From: an uncultured Gammaproteobacteria bacterium
Lineage (GTDB): Bacteria; Patescibacteriota; Microgenomatia; UBA1406; GWC2-37-13
Length of the DNA stretch: 64,000 nt
Direction: 5' to 3'
Assembly: GCA_964620925.1 (NCBI GenBank)
Contig: CAZUKL010000003.1
Coordinates: forward strand, 4,230 to 68,229
Part shown: positions 7,507 through 16,635 of the stretch, one piece after another
How positions within the stretch are numbered: position 1 is the stretch's first letter
Layout: each line of letters opens with the position of its first letter
The notes under the pieces: model-generated
What the model was told of the DNA's origin: nothing
What the model saw: the letters and a program-made list of their open reading frames with translations, nothing else
Database searches by the model: none
Program-made: the position numbers and the translations under genes

Positions 7507-10500
7507 ATGAGATCTCGAATCTTCGCTATTGTAGCTCTTTTTGTAGTGCTCATCAGTCTCGCTCCTGACACCGTCCAAGCACGTGGACTGGATATGTATG
7601 ACTATATAGAGTTAAAAATCACCCCTTATCCCTGCTTCAAACATCGTGGTGCAGGTACAGGGGCTCCCGTTTGTCCAAAAGGACATCCTGAATTTTATTC
7701 TACCGGAAGCTCGAATCAGCCTGAATATGTAAACCCTGCAAATATTCCGCCAGTGTCTTACAATCAATACAAATCTACATTGCTGGGACAAATCGATAAT
7801 AATCATGACACTCAGGCTGACTACTGTATAGGTTTATTTTCAAACCCGCTCCCCAGCCCAGGCGTCACCCTCCCGCCCCCTCAGCCAGCATTTGTGGATG
7901 ATCCGACACATGCGCACTACTGGGCAGAAGATCCAGAAATCACCGCGCTCGGCAAAGCAAATGACCGCGCGCGACAGTTTGTTTTCTGGGTTATGGGACG
8001 GCCTGCAAATGATGACAATCCAAAACTAAAAGAAATCTGGGCCATCTCTCGAAACGTCGCCATATCATTTGTGGTGCTGACTGCTGCGCTTATGGGTATT
8101 TGGATCACGATAGCCCATCGTCTCAGATATCGGATCATCGGCGAGTTTGGCGTGTGGGAGTCTGTCAGCAAGATAGTCATGTCACTCCTCTTTATATCAC
8201 TCTCTGCGTCCATAGTCCTTATCCTGATCCAACTATCCGAGATCCTGATGAAGTTTTTCATTGAGTCACTCGCAGGCAGAGATTTGTTTAACGTGTACTT
8301 TGGCTCGGGAAGCACTGAGGCAAACTATGTGGGCTTCATCGGTTGCCGTGACCTCAATATACGCGTGAACGAATCAATAGAGACTCAGATTTTTCTTCTC
8401 CGACTCACGAACATCACCTATTACATCATGGGTGTTATGCTCATCCTCCGCAAGATACTCCTCTGGTTCCTCCTCTTTGTCTCACCATTCCTCCCTATCC
8501 TCCTCAATTTCCCTCTTATCCGCAATACTGGCAAAATCTGGATTGGCGTATTTTTCCAGTGGCTCATGTATGGACCGCTCTTTGCGCTCTTCCTCGGTGC
8601 TACTGGTGCGATTTGGAAGTACGGTATCCCCTTCCCCTTTGATTTCTCTCGTATAAATAGTCATTTGGGCTATATCTTTCCCAATGCGATTATGATCGTG
8701 TACGGAGGGCCAGCGCAAATAAAAACAGGTGCCATCAATGCGTTTAACAGCGGCAACTATGTGGACACGTTTGTCGAATACGTCATCAGCTTGATCATGC
8801 TGTGGGCTGTCATATTTTTCCCCTGGTGGCTCCTCCGGATATTCCGTGACTATTGTTGTGAGGCCATCATGGCTATGGGTGCCAGTGTCAAGAATCTCGC
8901 TGATACGCTCCACCCAGTACCTCCGCCAAAACCTCCTCCTCCTGTACAACCCATCAAGGCAGCACCCCAGCCAACGGTGGCACCGATCCAACTCGCCAAT
9001 GAGATATCACGTTCAATCAATCTCGCCAATGCGACCCAGGTCCGCCAGGCGCAAACTGCTCAAATCGCGACAGCCATGAGTCTAAAGGCGACGACACTCA
9101 AGGATGTGGCAAAACTTGAAGCAAACAAAAATATGATGTCGGCAGCAAAGCAGAGCTTTGCCATGCTCCAGAATCCACTCGCCGCGACGACAACCTCGGA
9201 GCGGGAAAAGTATCTGAATGTGCGCACTGAGCTCTTTACCCGCGCATCATCCAAAAACGATGCCTTTGCAAAGTCGATGCTCGCAACTGCATCCACCTCA
9301 TCCACTGAGCATGCACAGCACAAACAAGAGCTCATCAAGTCTGTAGATGCGATCGTCTCGCAGATGAACAACACGATCCCCGCCTCTCTTTCACAGATTT
9401 CCTCACAGACATCAAACATCTCAGCAGAACGCATCGGCCAAATCACCAATACTGTCATGGAGCATCTCACCCAAGACATGCGAACGCTCTCTACTATCTC
9501 GACCAGGACCACAGTACCTATCGAGCAGGTGAAGTCCATTCTAAAGTCCTATGCAGCGAATATCACCCAGCCGCTCAATCAAATCGTGGAAAAGATCGCC
9601 TCAGTCGCAAATACTTCAAAGCAATCGGTCAAAAATGTCTTGCAAGAAACAAATAGCATCATGAGTCGTGGTTACTCATTTAGAGAGCTCGCACGCACCA
9701 CAGGCATCGATGAGTCCAAGTCTGCCGAGCTCCTTTCCCAGATCGATGTGGCAACCGCTACGACAGGTACTACCTCACCGATCCTCATCCAAGCATTTGC
9801 AAATGAAAAGGTGTCAAGCTTTATCAAAGAGGTTGCCAAGCGCGCATCTACTGATGAGGTGGTCATGACACATATACAGTCAGTCACCGGCCTAAGTCAC
9901 AAACAGATCGAGTCCACGCTCCTCGCCATCTCCTCAGGCCCATCGATCACCGATGAGACCATGCTCACGCAGATCCAAACTGCATATGGAGTGGATAAGG
10001 TAAAAACGTTGGCCATCGTGAAGGATGCGCTCGCGCAGACAGCTGATGCGGGAAGTGCAGTGCCTCAATCTACTGTTGAGGGTGAGTCAGTCGAGCAAGC
10101 CACCGTCCTCCAGGATCAGCTCAATACCGCCGTGAATCCAGAGAGTCAGATCGACCAGATCATCCCCGTGCCTGCAGACCAGTCGCTCGACGAGTATGAG
10201 GAGATACGCGAGCTGTGGGTCGAGCAGTATGAGAAGGAAGAAGTGCCACTCTCTGAGCAGATCACCTCTCGTGCAGATTGGGTCAGTCAGGATATCACGC
10301 TCATGACGAATATACTGAATAAGCTCCTGTCCGCAGATCAGCAGATGAGACAACAGGCACTAGACGAGGTAGGCTTTATTCTGCCAATTTTCCTCATCAA
10401 CAACCTCAGTGGATCACAGCTCTTGACGTATCTTAAAGCGAAGCTTTCAGCAGCAAAGCAAGTTCAGAAAGCACAGCTCAAGAAAGATGCACAGGTAGTC

Positions 10501-10614
10501 GCACCTGTGGCACAAGAAGAGTTTGTAGACGTCGCACGTGCCACCACCGAACAGAATCAAAAGCATCTCGTGGTAGATGAGGAGGGAGAGAGCAAAGAAG
10601 CGGTAAATAGCTAA
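7507..10614 (+). CDS. Polytopic membrane protein (about 1035 aa) with Pro-rich linker and long S/T/A/Q-rich helical tail; possibly VirB6/TrbL-like
   Basis: Signal peptide from the ATG at 7507 and about 6-7 TM helices. Linker PVPPPKPPPPVQPIKAAPQP, then about 500 aa of low-complexity helical sequence. The VirB6-like call is an inference from topology and the neighbouring pilin-like genes. Confidence 0.5.
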   Translation: MRSRIFAIVALFVVLISLAPDTVQARGLDMYDYIELKITPYPCFKHRGAGTGAPVCPKGHPEFYSTGSSNQPEYVNPANIPPVSYNQYKSTLLGQIDNNHDTQADYCIGLFSNPLPSPGVTLPPPQPAFVDDPTHAHYWAEDPEITALGKANDRARQFVFWVMGRPANDDNPKLKEIWAISRNVAISFVVLTAALMGIWITIAHRLRYRIIGEFGVWESVSKIVMSLLFISLSASIVLILIQLSEILMKFFIESLAGRDLFNVYFGSGSTEANYVGFIGCRDLNIRVNESIETQIFLLRLTNITYYIMGVMLILRKILLWFLLFVSPFLPILLNFPLIRNTGKIWIGVFFQWLMYGPLFALFLGATGAIWKYGIPFPFDFSRINSHLGYIFPNAIMIVYGGPAQIKTGAINAFNSGNYVDTFVEYVISLIMLWAVIFFPWWLLRIFRDYCCEAIMAMGASVKNLADTLHPVPPPKPPPPVQPIKAAPQPTVAPIQLANEISRSINLANATQVRQAQTAQIATAMSLKATTLKDVAKLEANKNMMSAAKQSFAMLQNPLAATTTSEREKYLNVRTELFTRASSKNDAFAKSMLATASTSSTEHAQHKQELIKSVDAIVSQMNNTIPASLSQISSQTSNISAERIGQITNTVMEHLTQDMRTLSTISTRTTVPIEQVKSILKSYAANITQPLNQIVEKIASVANTSKQSVKNVLQETNSIMSRGYSFRELARTTGIDESKSAELLSQIDVATATTGTTSPILIQAFANEKVSSFIKEVAKRASTDEVVMTHIQSVTGLSHKQIESTLLAISSGPSITDETMLTQIQTAYGVDKVKTLAIVKDALAQTADAGSAVPQSTVEGESVEQATVLQDQLNTAVNPESQIDQIIPVPADQSLDEYEEIRELWVEQYEKEEVPLSEQITSRADWVSQDITLMTNILNKLLSADQQMRQQALDEVGFILPIFLINNLSGSQLLTYLKAKLSAAKQVQKAQLKKDAQVVAPVAQEEFVDVARATTEQNQKHLVVDEEGESKEAVNS

Positions 10615-10766
10615 GTACTGATAGTTGAGAGTTGATAACGAGGCGCTGGATAAAGCAACGAATCTACTGCTCGTACGAAAGACACGCACAAATATTCAAT
10701 TCTCAATCTGCAATGTGCAAATAATGCCAATAGAAATGCAAATCTAAATCCTCCGTCATCCATGTA

Positions 10767-11005
10767 CTAATCAATAATATCGGTGACAGATTGAGTGCTC
10801 ATGAAGTGAGTCATCTTGAGCGAAGCGTACGCGGATTCGACCGCGCCCCTGCCCGTAATGCTACGCATAAGCGTTGCAGGCGCGGTGCCTCGCTCTTGCG
10901 AGCGCAAGGCGGGCAGGAAGATCTCTGATATATGAGATTCTTCTCCGCCAACTGGCGGATCAGAATGACCAAGCAAAAATCGTCATCGAATTAGTTGACT
11001 ATTAC
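10767..11005. repeat. MITE-like element, family B, copy 1
   Basis: Both ends are homologous to 51039-51212 (CTAATCAATAATATCGGTGAC... and ...CGTCATCGAATTAGTTGACTATTA). The GC-rich palindromic core contains TCTCCGCCAACTGGCGGA. Confidence 0.7.
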
Positions 11006-11052
11006 AATTCCCCTCCGGGCGCAGCTTGCAGCTTGTGGCTCGTAGCTCCCTC

Positions 11053-11505
11053 TCACGCTCTCGCACACAGGACATTGTATGCCTTCACGATACGATCAGG
11101 AGCAGCTTTGGACTTCAGCGCACCGACGATTTTCCCTGTCAATGTCTTTGGATTTGCTTTAAATGCTGCATCATTTGCAGCTACAAACTGACGTACCAGA
11201 CTCTCGAGCTCGTGATCGGGGATCTCTGTGGGCAGGTATGACTTTAAGATCTTGATCTGCGCCATATTTGCATCCACGAGATCCTGTCGCTTTGCAGTAG
11301 CAAACTGTTCATTGGCTTCTGTCAGCTCTTTGAGCTGTTTGCGGATCATGGATACCACATCGTCATCGGTCAAGGCTCCCTTCGCTTCGATTTCCTTGTA
11401 CTTCAGCTGTGATACAATCATCCGGAGTGTTTGAACTCGCTCAGAATCATGATTTTTGAGCGCTTGCATACTATCGGTTTGGAGTTGGGCAAATAGTGTT
11501 GACAT
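11053..11505 (-). CDS. yqeY: GatB/YqeY domain protein
   Basis: 150 aa. ALKNHDSERVQTLRMIVSQLKYKEIE...YLP pattern typical of YqeY. Confidence 0.8.
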   Translation of the reverse strand: MSTLFAQLQTDSMQALKNHDSERVQTLRMIVSQLKYKEIEAKGALTDDDVVSMIRKQLKELTEANEQFATAKRQDLVDANMAQIKILKSYLPTEIPDHELESLVRQFVAANDAAFKANPKTLTGKIVGALKSKAAPDRIVKAYNVLCARA

Positions 11506-11556
11506 AGGTATGAGGTGGATTGTAGCATATAGGCTAGTCAGTTGGATATATTTTCT

Positions 11557-12006
11557 ATGAAATCAAAGGCTCTCACTAAAAAAATCAGTAGCAAATCATC
11601 GCTCAAAAAAATCGATGCTTTTGACGCAGTCGCTGAGCTCAAACTCCAAATACTTGAACACAAACCCACTCCCCAGTACATGCGCCGGGATATACAGATG
11701 AGCAGCCTCCTCATCAGACCGCAGATCGGCGATGTATTTTCACTTAACATGGGCAATGATCAGTTTATCGACGCACTCTGGTCGATACTCAAGATAGATG
11801 AGTTTGTGGGTGATACCATCAGCAAGCTCCCCCGCAAAGATGTAGAGCTTTTCTATAAACTCTCAAATCACGTGCGTCAGGGATACCAGGACACGCTCAA
11901 TCGAGTCGACATGCGCCTCCCCCATGTAAAGGAAAAAGGGACGATGCAACCAATCGCCATCGAGATCTTCAGATCTGCCACCAGGTCGAGCAGGCGCGTG
12001 CACTAG
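11557..12006 (+). CDS. Hypothetical protein
   Basis: Clean ORF ending in TAG. No recognisable motifs. ATG at 11557 preferred over the TTG at 11542. Confidence 0.4.
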   Translation: MKSKALTKKISSKSSLKKIDAFDAVAELKLQILEHKPTPQYMRRDIQMSSLLIRPQIGDVFSLNMGNDQFIDALWSILKIDEFVGDTISKLPRKDVELFYKLSNHVRQGYQDTLNRVDMRLPHVKEKGTMQPIAIEIFRSATRSSRRVH

Positions 12007-12086
12007 GTGTAAATGTCCGCTTTTTATACCGCCCGCTCGCGACTAAAGACTGATGACTAATGACTGATGACTGACGACTATTTCTT

Positions 12087-12665
12087 ATGGCAAAACCTAT
12101 CATCATTGACGTTGAGACCAAGCACTCCTTTCGCCAGTTTGCAGATCCTGCAAAGCTCGGCATCTCCGTCGTCATCGCTTACGACTATGCCGATGGGATC
12201 TATCACAGCTATACAGAGGATCAGCTCCCTGCGCTCTTTCCAAAGCTCGAGGCCGCCTCCTATGTCATCGGATACAACAGTGATGGTTTTGATCTCCCCG
12301 TCCTCCAGGCGTACTACCACGGCGATGTGATGGCGTTCTCCCGCTTTGATATGCTCGAGGATATTCGCCAGACGGCTGGTCGACGATTTGGACTCAATGA
12401 CATCTCCCAAGCTACACTCGGAGTGAAAAAATCAGCAAATGGGCTCCAAGCTCTCGAGTGGTACAAGACCGGACAGATAGACAAGATCATCGAGTACTGT
12501 CGTGATGATGTAAAAATCACCCGCCAAGTGTTTGAATACGGAGCAATGTATGGCTTTGTCTACGTAGGAGCTGGCGAACAGCGTGCGAAGATCCCCACCC
12601 GCTGGGAAAAGTACCGCGATGGCAAGGGCCAGAGTGAGTCTGTCCCCAGTACATTGCCGTTTTGA
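12087..12665 (+). CDS. RNase H-fold 3'-5' exonuclease (DEDD / PolB-exo-like, YprB type)
   Basis: ExoI IIDVET, ExoII GYNSDGFDLPVL, ExoIII EYCRDDV. Confidence 0.6.
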   Translation: MAKPIIIDVETKHSFRQFADPAKLGISVVIAYDYADGIYHSYTEDQLPALFPKLEAASYVIGYNSDGFDLPVLQAYYHGDVMAFSRFDMLEDIRQTAGRRFGLNDISQATLGVKKSANGLQALEWYKTGQIDKIIEYCRDDVKITRQVFEYGAMYGFVYVGAGEQRAKIPTRWEKYRDGKGQSESVPSTLPF

Positions 12666-12765
12666 CCGCTCTCGCAGTCACTTTGATATCTTTTTGTACA
12701 TAGGTGATCGCCAACTCCAGGTATTATTTGGTAAAATACGTCTGTATCTTTCTAAATATCGATAT

Positions 12766-12806
12766 TCCCTGGTAGCTCTCCGCCAGCTGGCGGAGGTAGA
12801 GCAGGA
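12766..12806 (+). pseudogene. 5' fragment of tRNA-Asn with a 17-nt palindromic module replacing the D-loop
   Basis: TCCCTGGTAGCTC + TCCGCCAGCTGGCGGAG + GTAGAGCAGGA matches nt 1-13 and 18-28 of the intact tRNA-Asn 15 nt downstream. It has no anticodon loop or 3' half. Confidence 0.8.
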
Positions 12807-12821
12807 GAATATGTAGTAATT

Positions 12822-12893
12822 TCCCTGGTAGCTCAACGGTAGAGCAGGATGCTGTTAACATCAAGGTTCGAGGTTCGAATCCTCGCCGGGGAG
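12822..12893 (+). tRNA. tRNA-Asn (anticodon GTT)
   Basis: Hand-folded. Acceptor TCCCTGG/CCGGGGA, D arm GCTC-AACGGTA-GAGC. Anticodon loop CTGTTAA (GTT). T arm CGAGG-TTCGAAT-CCTCG, discriminator G. Confidence 0.9.
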
Positions 12894-14345
12894 CAGACGT
12901 TGACAAGTACTAAAATTGAGGATCGTATCAAAGGGCTTTGTCGCTTCGTATCGCACTACTTTACCCTCTACTCTCAGGTTCTGAAGTACGAGCTTGATAA
13001 GTTGTCGTTTTTCTTCTACTTCCGAACCGACAAAAAGATCATACGCGCGTGTAGCGAGTTCTAGCAGGTAGTTTGCTGTAATGTAGTAGTTATCTTCTGC
13101 TTCCTGAAGTATGGCAAGACGGGTATCAATTTCGGCGATCTTGTCTCTGAAGGTCTGATAGTATCTGTCATACATATCGTCAGTAATACGTCCGTCTAAT
13201 CGATCGACGTATAAGTTCTCTATTCTTTTGCTATACGTCTCGTGATCTTTCGTTAGTTCTGCATGCTGTGCTTGTCTGAAATCTACCTTGCTATCATGCG
13301 TTGTCTTTAGCGCTTCTATTATTTGATGGAGTACTGCTTCTGGTAGTTGGAGCTGTTTGAAGACGTTGCCTATCTGCTTAGTGATTTCTTCTTCTCTGAG
13401 CCACTGTGCGTCATGCTTGCCGTTGTATTGAGTGCAGTGGTAGTACACGTGTCCTTTCTGTTTCTCAGGGGTGATAGAGAGACCGCAATGACCACATCTG
13501 AGGAGTCCACGGTAGATATAGGGTAGCTTGCCCGCGAGCTTATACCGTTTTCCGCTATACCCTGCTTTGAACTGCTGCACTTGGTCAAAAAGCTCTCTAC
13601 TTACGACGAGCGGATATTTGTGGTTATACACTTTTCCCTTCCATGTCATCTGACCGGCATAAAAGCTATTTTTGAGGATTTTATCGGTGTAGCCATGTGA
13701 CCAATCGACTCCATAGTCTTCTTTGATTTTATGCCGTAATAGATCCATAGAGTATGCACCTGTAGCGTAGAGCTCATACGCTTTTTGTACGATGCGGGAT
13801 GCGAACTCATCTATAATTATCTCGGTCTTATCTTTGCTGACGGTCTTGCGGGTATATCCATAGGGATGCTGACTCGGGTATATCCCACTTCTGAGCATTT
13901 GTTCCTGGGCCCGCTTGACGTTGTCGCTGATTGCGTCAGAGTAGTATTTGGCAAGGCCTAGACTCATACTGAACGCAAACTTTTCTGTAGCAGATATGTG
14001 GCTATTGATCGTTTGCCCATCAGATACGAAGTGGAGCTCTACCTCATCCTTTAGGGCCTTTTCGTAGAGCATAGATACACGCTTATCAAAGACATTTCGG
14101 GATAGCCGATCAACCTTATCAAAGCATACCGCTACCTTTTCCTTCTGAGCGATCACAAAGTCCAGAATACCGTCAAAGTCACTGCGCTGGTCTTTATACG
14201 CGCTTTCATCAAAACTTTCCTCTTTGATGATTTCATAGCCTTTGTTTTGACAATATTTCCTGAGTCGCGCTATCTGAGCGGGTAGAGAGTTACCCGCTTC
14301 TTTCTGTTCTTCTGTCGATACTCGTGCGATGATTATAGATTTCAT
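12861..14345 (-). CDS. Large serine recombinase (integrase)
   Basis: Resolvase catalytic N-domain IIIARVSTEEQ...LPAQ, recombinase domain, zinc ribbon CGHCG...YYHC, coiled-coil C-terminus. The last 11 codons and stop run into the 3' end of tRNA-Asn. Confidence 0.9.
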   Translation of the reverse strand: MKSIIIARVSTEEQKEAGNSLPAQIARLRKYCQNKGYEIIKEESFDESAYKDQRSDFDGILDFVIAQKEKVAVCFDKVDRLSRNVFDKRVSMLYEKALKDEVELHFVSDGQTINSHISATEKFAFSMSLGLAKYYSDAISDNVKRAQEQMLRSGIYPSQHPYGYTRKTVSKDKTEIIIDEFASRIVQKAYELYATGAYSMDLLRHKIKEDYGVDWSHGYTDKILKNSFYAGQMTWKGKVYNHKYPLVVSRELFDQVQQFKAGYSGKRYKLAGKLPYIYRGLLRCGHCGLSITPEKQKGHVYYHCTQYNGKHDAQWLREEEITKQIGNVFKQLQLPEAVLHQIIEALKTTHDSKVDFRQAQHAELTKDHETYSKRIENLYVDRLDGRITDDMYDRYYQTFRDKIAEIDTRLAILQEAEDNYYITANYLLELATRAYDLFVGSEVEEKRQLIKLVLQNLRVEGKVVRYEATKPFDTILNFSTCQRLLPGEDSNLEP

Positions 14346-14350
14346 AAGTG

Positions 14351-15442
14351 TTATCTTCCTGCCTTGGTGCGGTTATCTTGTTTACAAAGCATTTGACAGT
14401 TATCTGCTATAGACCTACCTCCCTCGTGCCACGGCTTGATATGGTCAGCTTCCATCTCGGCGATGTCATACTTTTTCTTGCAAAATGGGCATTTACCATC
14501 TTGTCGCTCGTATGCCTCTCGCTTCATCTTATCCGTGAACGCACGGATTGAGAGGTGCCTTTCTTGGTGTGTGAGAACGTATGGATAGATCCCAGACTTT
14601 TTAGTCACATCCTCATCTTGCATCAGTTTTTTGATCTCTGACTCGAGCTTTACAGAATCGAGTTTTATAGCTTTATATTCATTGTACAGCGGGCCCCACT
14701 CTACACCTTTCATTTCACTCCGATATGTCGTAAATGTCTGACGTACCCATGCAATAACACTTTGGAAATACGTCCACAATTCATCAGCATTCTGATCGTG
14801 TTGGTGTCTCGCCATATAGTCCTCAATGTGATCCTCACTTATCCACGCGAGTGTAGTCTCAAGATATTCCTGTCTGATAGGTGAGCCGACGAGAAGTGAC
14901 CCGCCATCATTTGCCAAGAGATATGCAACACAGTTCGATTTACTGAATTTTCGCTTTGCATCAGTGAGCCATGGGCCCGTGTATACTGCGTTTCGTAGCT
15001 CTTGATCTGTCAGCTTTTCCCCTGCGATATTGATGATACGGAACCAGTCTAACCGCTCTTTATCAGTCCCCGTGCAAAAGTAGATCATCAATTCGTACTC
15101 AAGTATTTTTTCTTGCTCCTCACGAGTGAGATTATGAAAGTAACGGTCATTGAGCGAAAAATCACCTTCTACATACTGACCTATACTGATCGTGCGTTGC
15201 TGACCATCAAGGACTTCATAGCCCCCCAGGTCAGTCTGCACCCAATACATGACATTCAGAGGGAAGCCTTGGATGATAGTGCGTATGACTTCATCCCGCT
15301 GTTTACCGCTATACACGAATTCACGTTGATACTTCGGTCGTACATCGAGTTTGCCTCCATACGCCACGACCCCTTCCTCTGCACTATCTTTATACCCCTC
15401 CACCACGTCACGTATTTTGATTTTGTGAAGTTCAATTTTCAT
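14351..15442 (-). CDS. DUF262 (ParB-like nuclease superfamily) - HNH endonuclease fusion
   Basis: RPKYQREFVY and DGQQRT motifs of DUF262. C-terminal HNH CPFC...EADHIKPWHEGGRSIADNCQMLCKQDNRTK. Confidence 0.8.
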   Translation of the reverse strand: MKIELHKIKIRDVVEGYKDSAEEGVVAYGGKLDVRPKYQREFVYSGKQRDEVIRTIIQGFPLNVMYWVQTDLGGYEVLDGQQRTISIGQYVEGDFSLNDRYFHNLTREEQEKILEYELMIYFCTGTDKERLDWFRIINIAGEKLTDQELRNAVYTGPWLTDAKRKFSKSNCVAYLLANDGGSLLVGSPIRQEYLETTLAWISEDHIEDYMARHQHDQNADELWTYFQSVIAWVRQTFTTYRSEMKGVEWGPLYNEYKAIKLDSVKLESEIKKLMQDEDVTKKSGIYPYVLTHQERHLSIRAFTDKMKREAYERQDGKCPFCKKKYDIAEMEADHIKPWHEGGRSIADNCQMLCKQDNRTKAGR

Positions 15443-15451
15443 ATAGTTATA

Positions 15452-16633
15452 TTACAATTTCTGTATGATGATTCTCGCGTATAGTATCGATAAATATCCA
15501 TTGCAATTATCTGCAGTATAGTAAATATCGTTTGGCTTCTGTTTATGCAAGAGAGTAGCGCGAGTATTTGCTTTGCTTCCGTTTGAGATAGAGCCATCGG
15601 TATTTATCTGTTTTGGATTAACATAACGTTTCGTTGGCCTAGCCTCAAATTCATCCCTTCCAGCTGTAATACCCATAATCTTAAACTGATTAGGGTTATA
15701 CTTATCAAGAAATGTAATCGGAACACCTATTGGTTTATCATAATCCATCGGTATATCTGCCACTTTTGCCACCTCGATAGCATCGTAATTATCATATTTT
15801 GGGTACTCTTCGGGTGTGTATTTTTTATAAAGAGTTAGCATTTCGTGACGTTTTGTGGTGTCCATATTGGTAAACCACATAATGCTACCCATACTGAAAT
15901 ACTGCACTCCACTCACTATCTTTTTTCGTGACTCAGTAGGTATGTCATAATCCATGGGCACCTGAAACCATTTTGTACCTCCATTGTCATAGCCAAGCCA
16001 AAGTCTATTTTCTTTGATATGTTTAAAGATCTCCTTGTATGTAAGCGCGTTTTGACTACCGAGAACTAAAAACTTTTTCTTATTTTCTACAAGCTGTGCC
16101 ACATACTCCCTAAAGAGCGAAAAGGGAGGGTTTGTGACGACTATATCCGCTTCCTTCAGAAGCTCTATACTCTCGTCGCTGCGGAAGTCTCCTTCACCGT
16201 TTAGCGGTGCCCACTCGTTGTGTTTATTGGCCTTCAGCTGCTCAGCGATGTCGCGTATATCAAATGCTCCATCGCCGTCTATATCACCTACATCATTAAT
16301 GATGAATCGATTAGCTGTCACTTTTGGGCGACCTTTTGGCATTGGCAAATCTTCGGCATCACCGAAGAGCCCTAGTTGGGTGTTGGCAATAGGCGAAGGT
16401 TTATAGCTGGTCGTGATGAGTCTTTTGAGTCCGAGTTTTTTGAAGTTACTCGCAAAGTATTTGAAGAAGTTGCTCTCGTAGGGGTCGTCGCAATTGCAGT
16501 AAACGACCTTGTCTCGAAACTGTTCTTTGTAGTAGCGCAGCTCCTTTTCGATGTCGACCAGCTGAGTATAAAACTCATCTTTTTTGGCTTGATTTGCCTT
16601 GTGCAAGTTGGTGTTGAGAGATTTGCTTTTCAT
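15452..16633 (-). CDS. N6-adenine DNA methyltransferase, EcoRI-methylase-like family
   Basis: N-terminal KDEFYTQ...VVYCNCDDP...FFKYF block and catalytic VVTNPPFS motif. Confidence 0.75.
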   Translation of the reverse strand: MKSKSLNTNLHKANQAKKDEFYTQLVDIEKELRYYKEQFRDKVVYCNCDDPYESNFFKYFASNFKKLGLKRLITTSYKPSPIANTQLGLFGDAEDLPMPKGRPKVTANRFIINDVGDIDGDGAFDIRDIAEQLKANKHNEWAPLNGEGDFRSDESIELLKEADIVVTNPPFSLFREYVAQLVENKKKFLVLGSQNALTYKEIFKHIKENRLWLGYDNGGTKWFQVPMDYDIPTESRKKIVSGVQYFSMGSIMWFTNMDTTKRHEMLTLYKKYTPEEYPKYDNYDAIEVAKVADIPMDYDKPIGVPITFLDKYNPNQFKIMGITAGRDEFEARPTKRYVNPKQINTDGSISNGSKANTRATLLHKQKPNDIYYTADNCNGYLSILYARIIIQKL

Positions 16634-16635
16634 AG

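Noticed and set aside
8482-8991. Long antisense or overlapping ORFs inside large genes (for example 8482-8991, 9060-9539, 46676-47230, 47335-47775, 50201-50725, 52644-53159, 54615-55124 and 57722-58285)
   Set aside because: Each is fully embedded opposite, or out of frame with, a gene that has clear conserved motifs. Their translations are low-complexity or Arg/Ser/Cys-rich shadow frames.
1704-10614. Calling the pilin-like / large membrane protein cluster a type IV secretion system
   Set aside because: No VirB4, VirD4, VirB9-11 or relaxase genes are present in the window. Only pilin-like modules and a speculative VirB6-like topology are seen, so no T4SS is asserted.
10767-11191. ORFs 10767-10976 (minus strand) and 10874-11191 (plus strand)
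   Set aside because: Both lie within the family B palindromic element and overlap the yqeY 3' end. The palindromic sequence generates open frames on both strands.
12724-12906. 60-aa ORF across tRNA-Asn, and ORF 23419-23619 across the recombinase relic
   Set aside because: They are translations of a tRNA gene (antisense) and of the antisense strand of a pseudogene fragment respectively.
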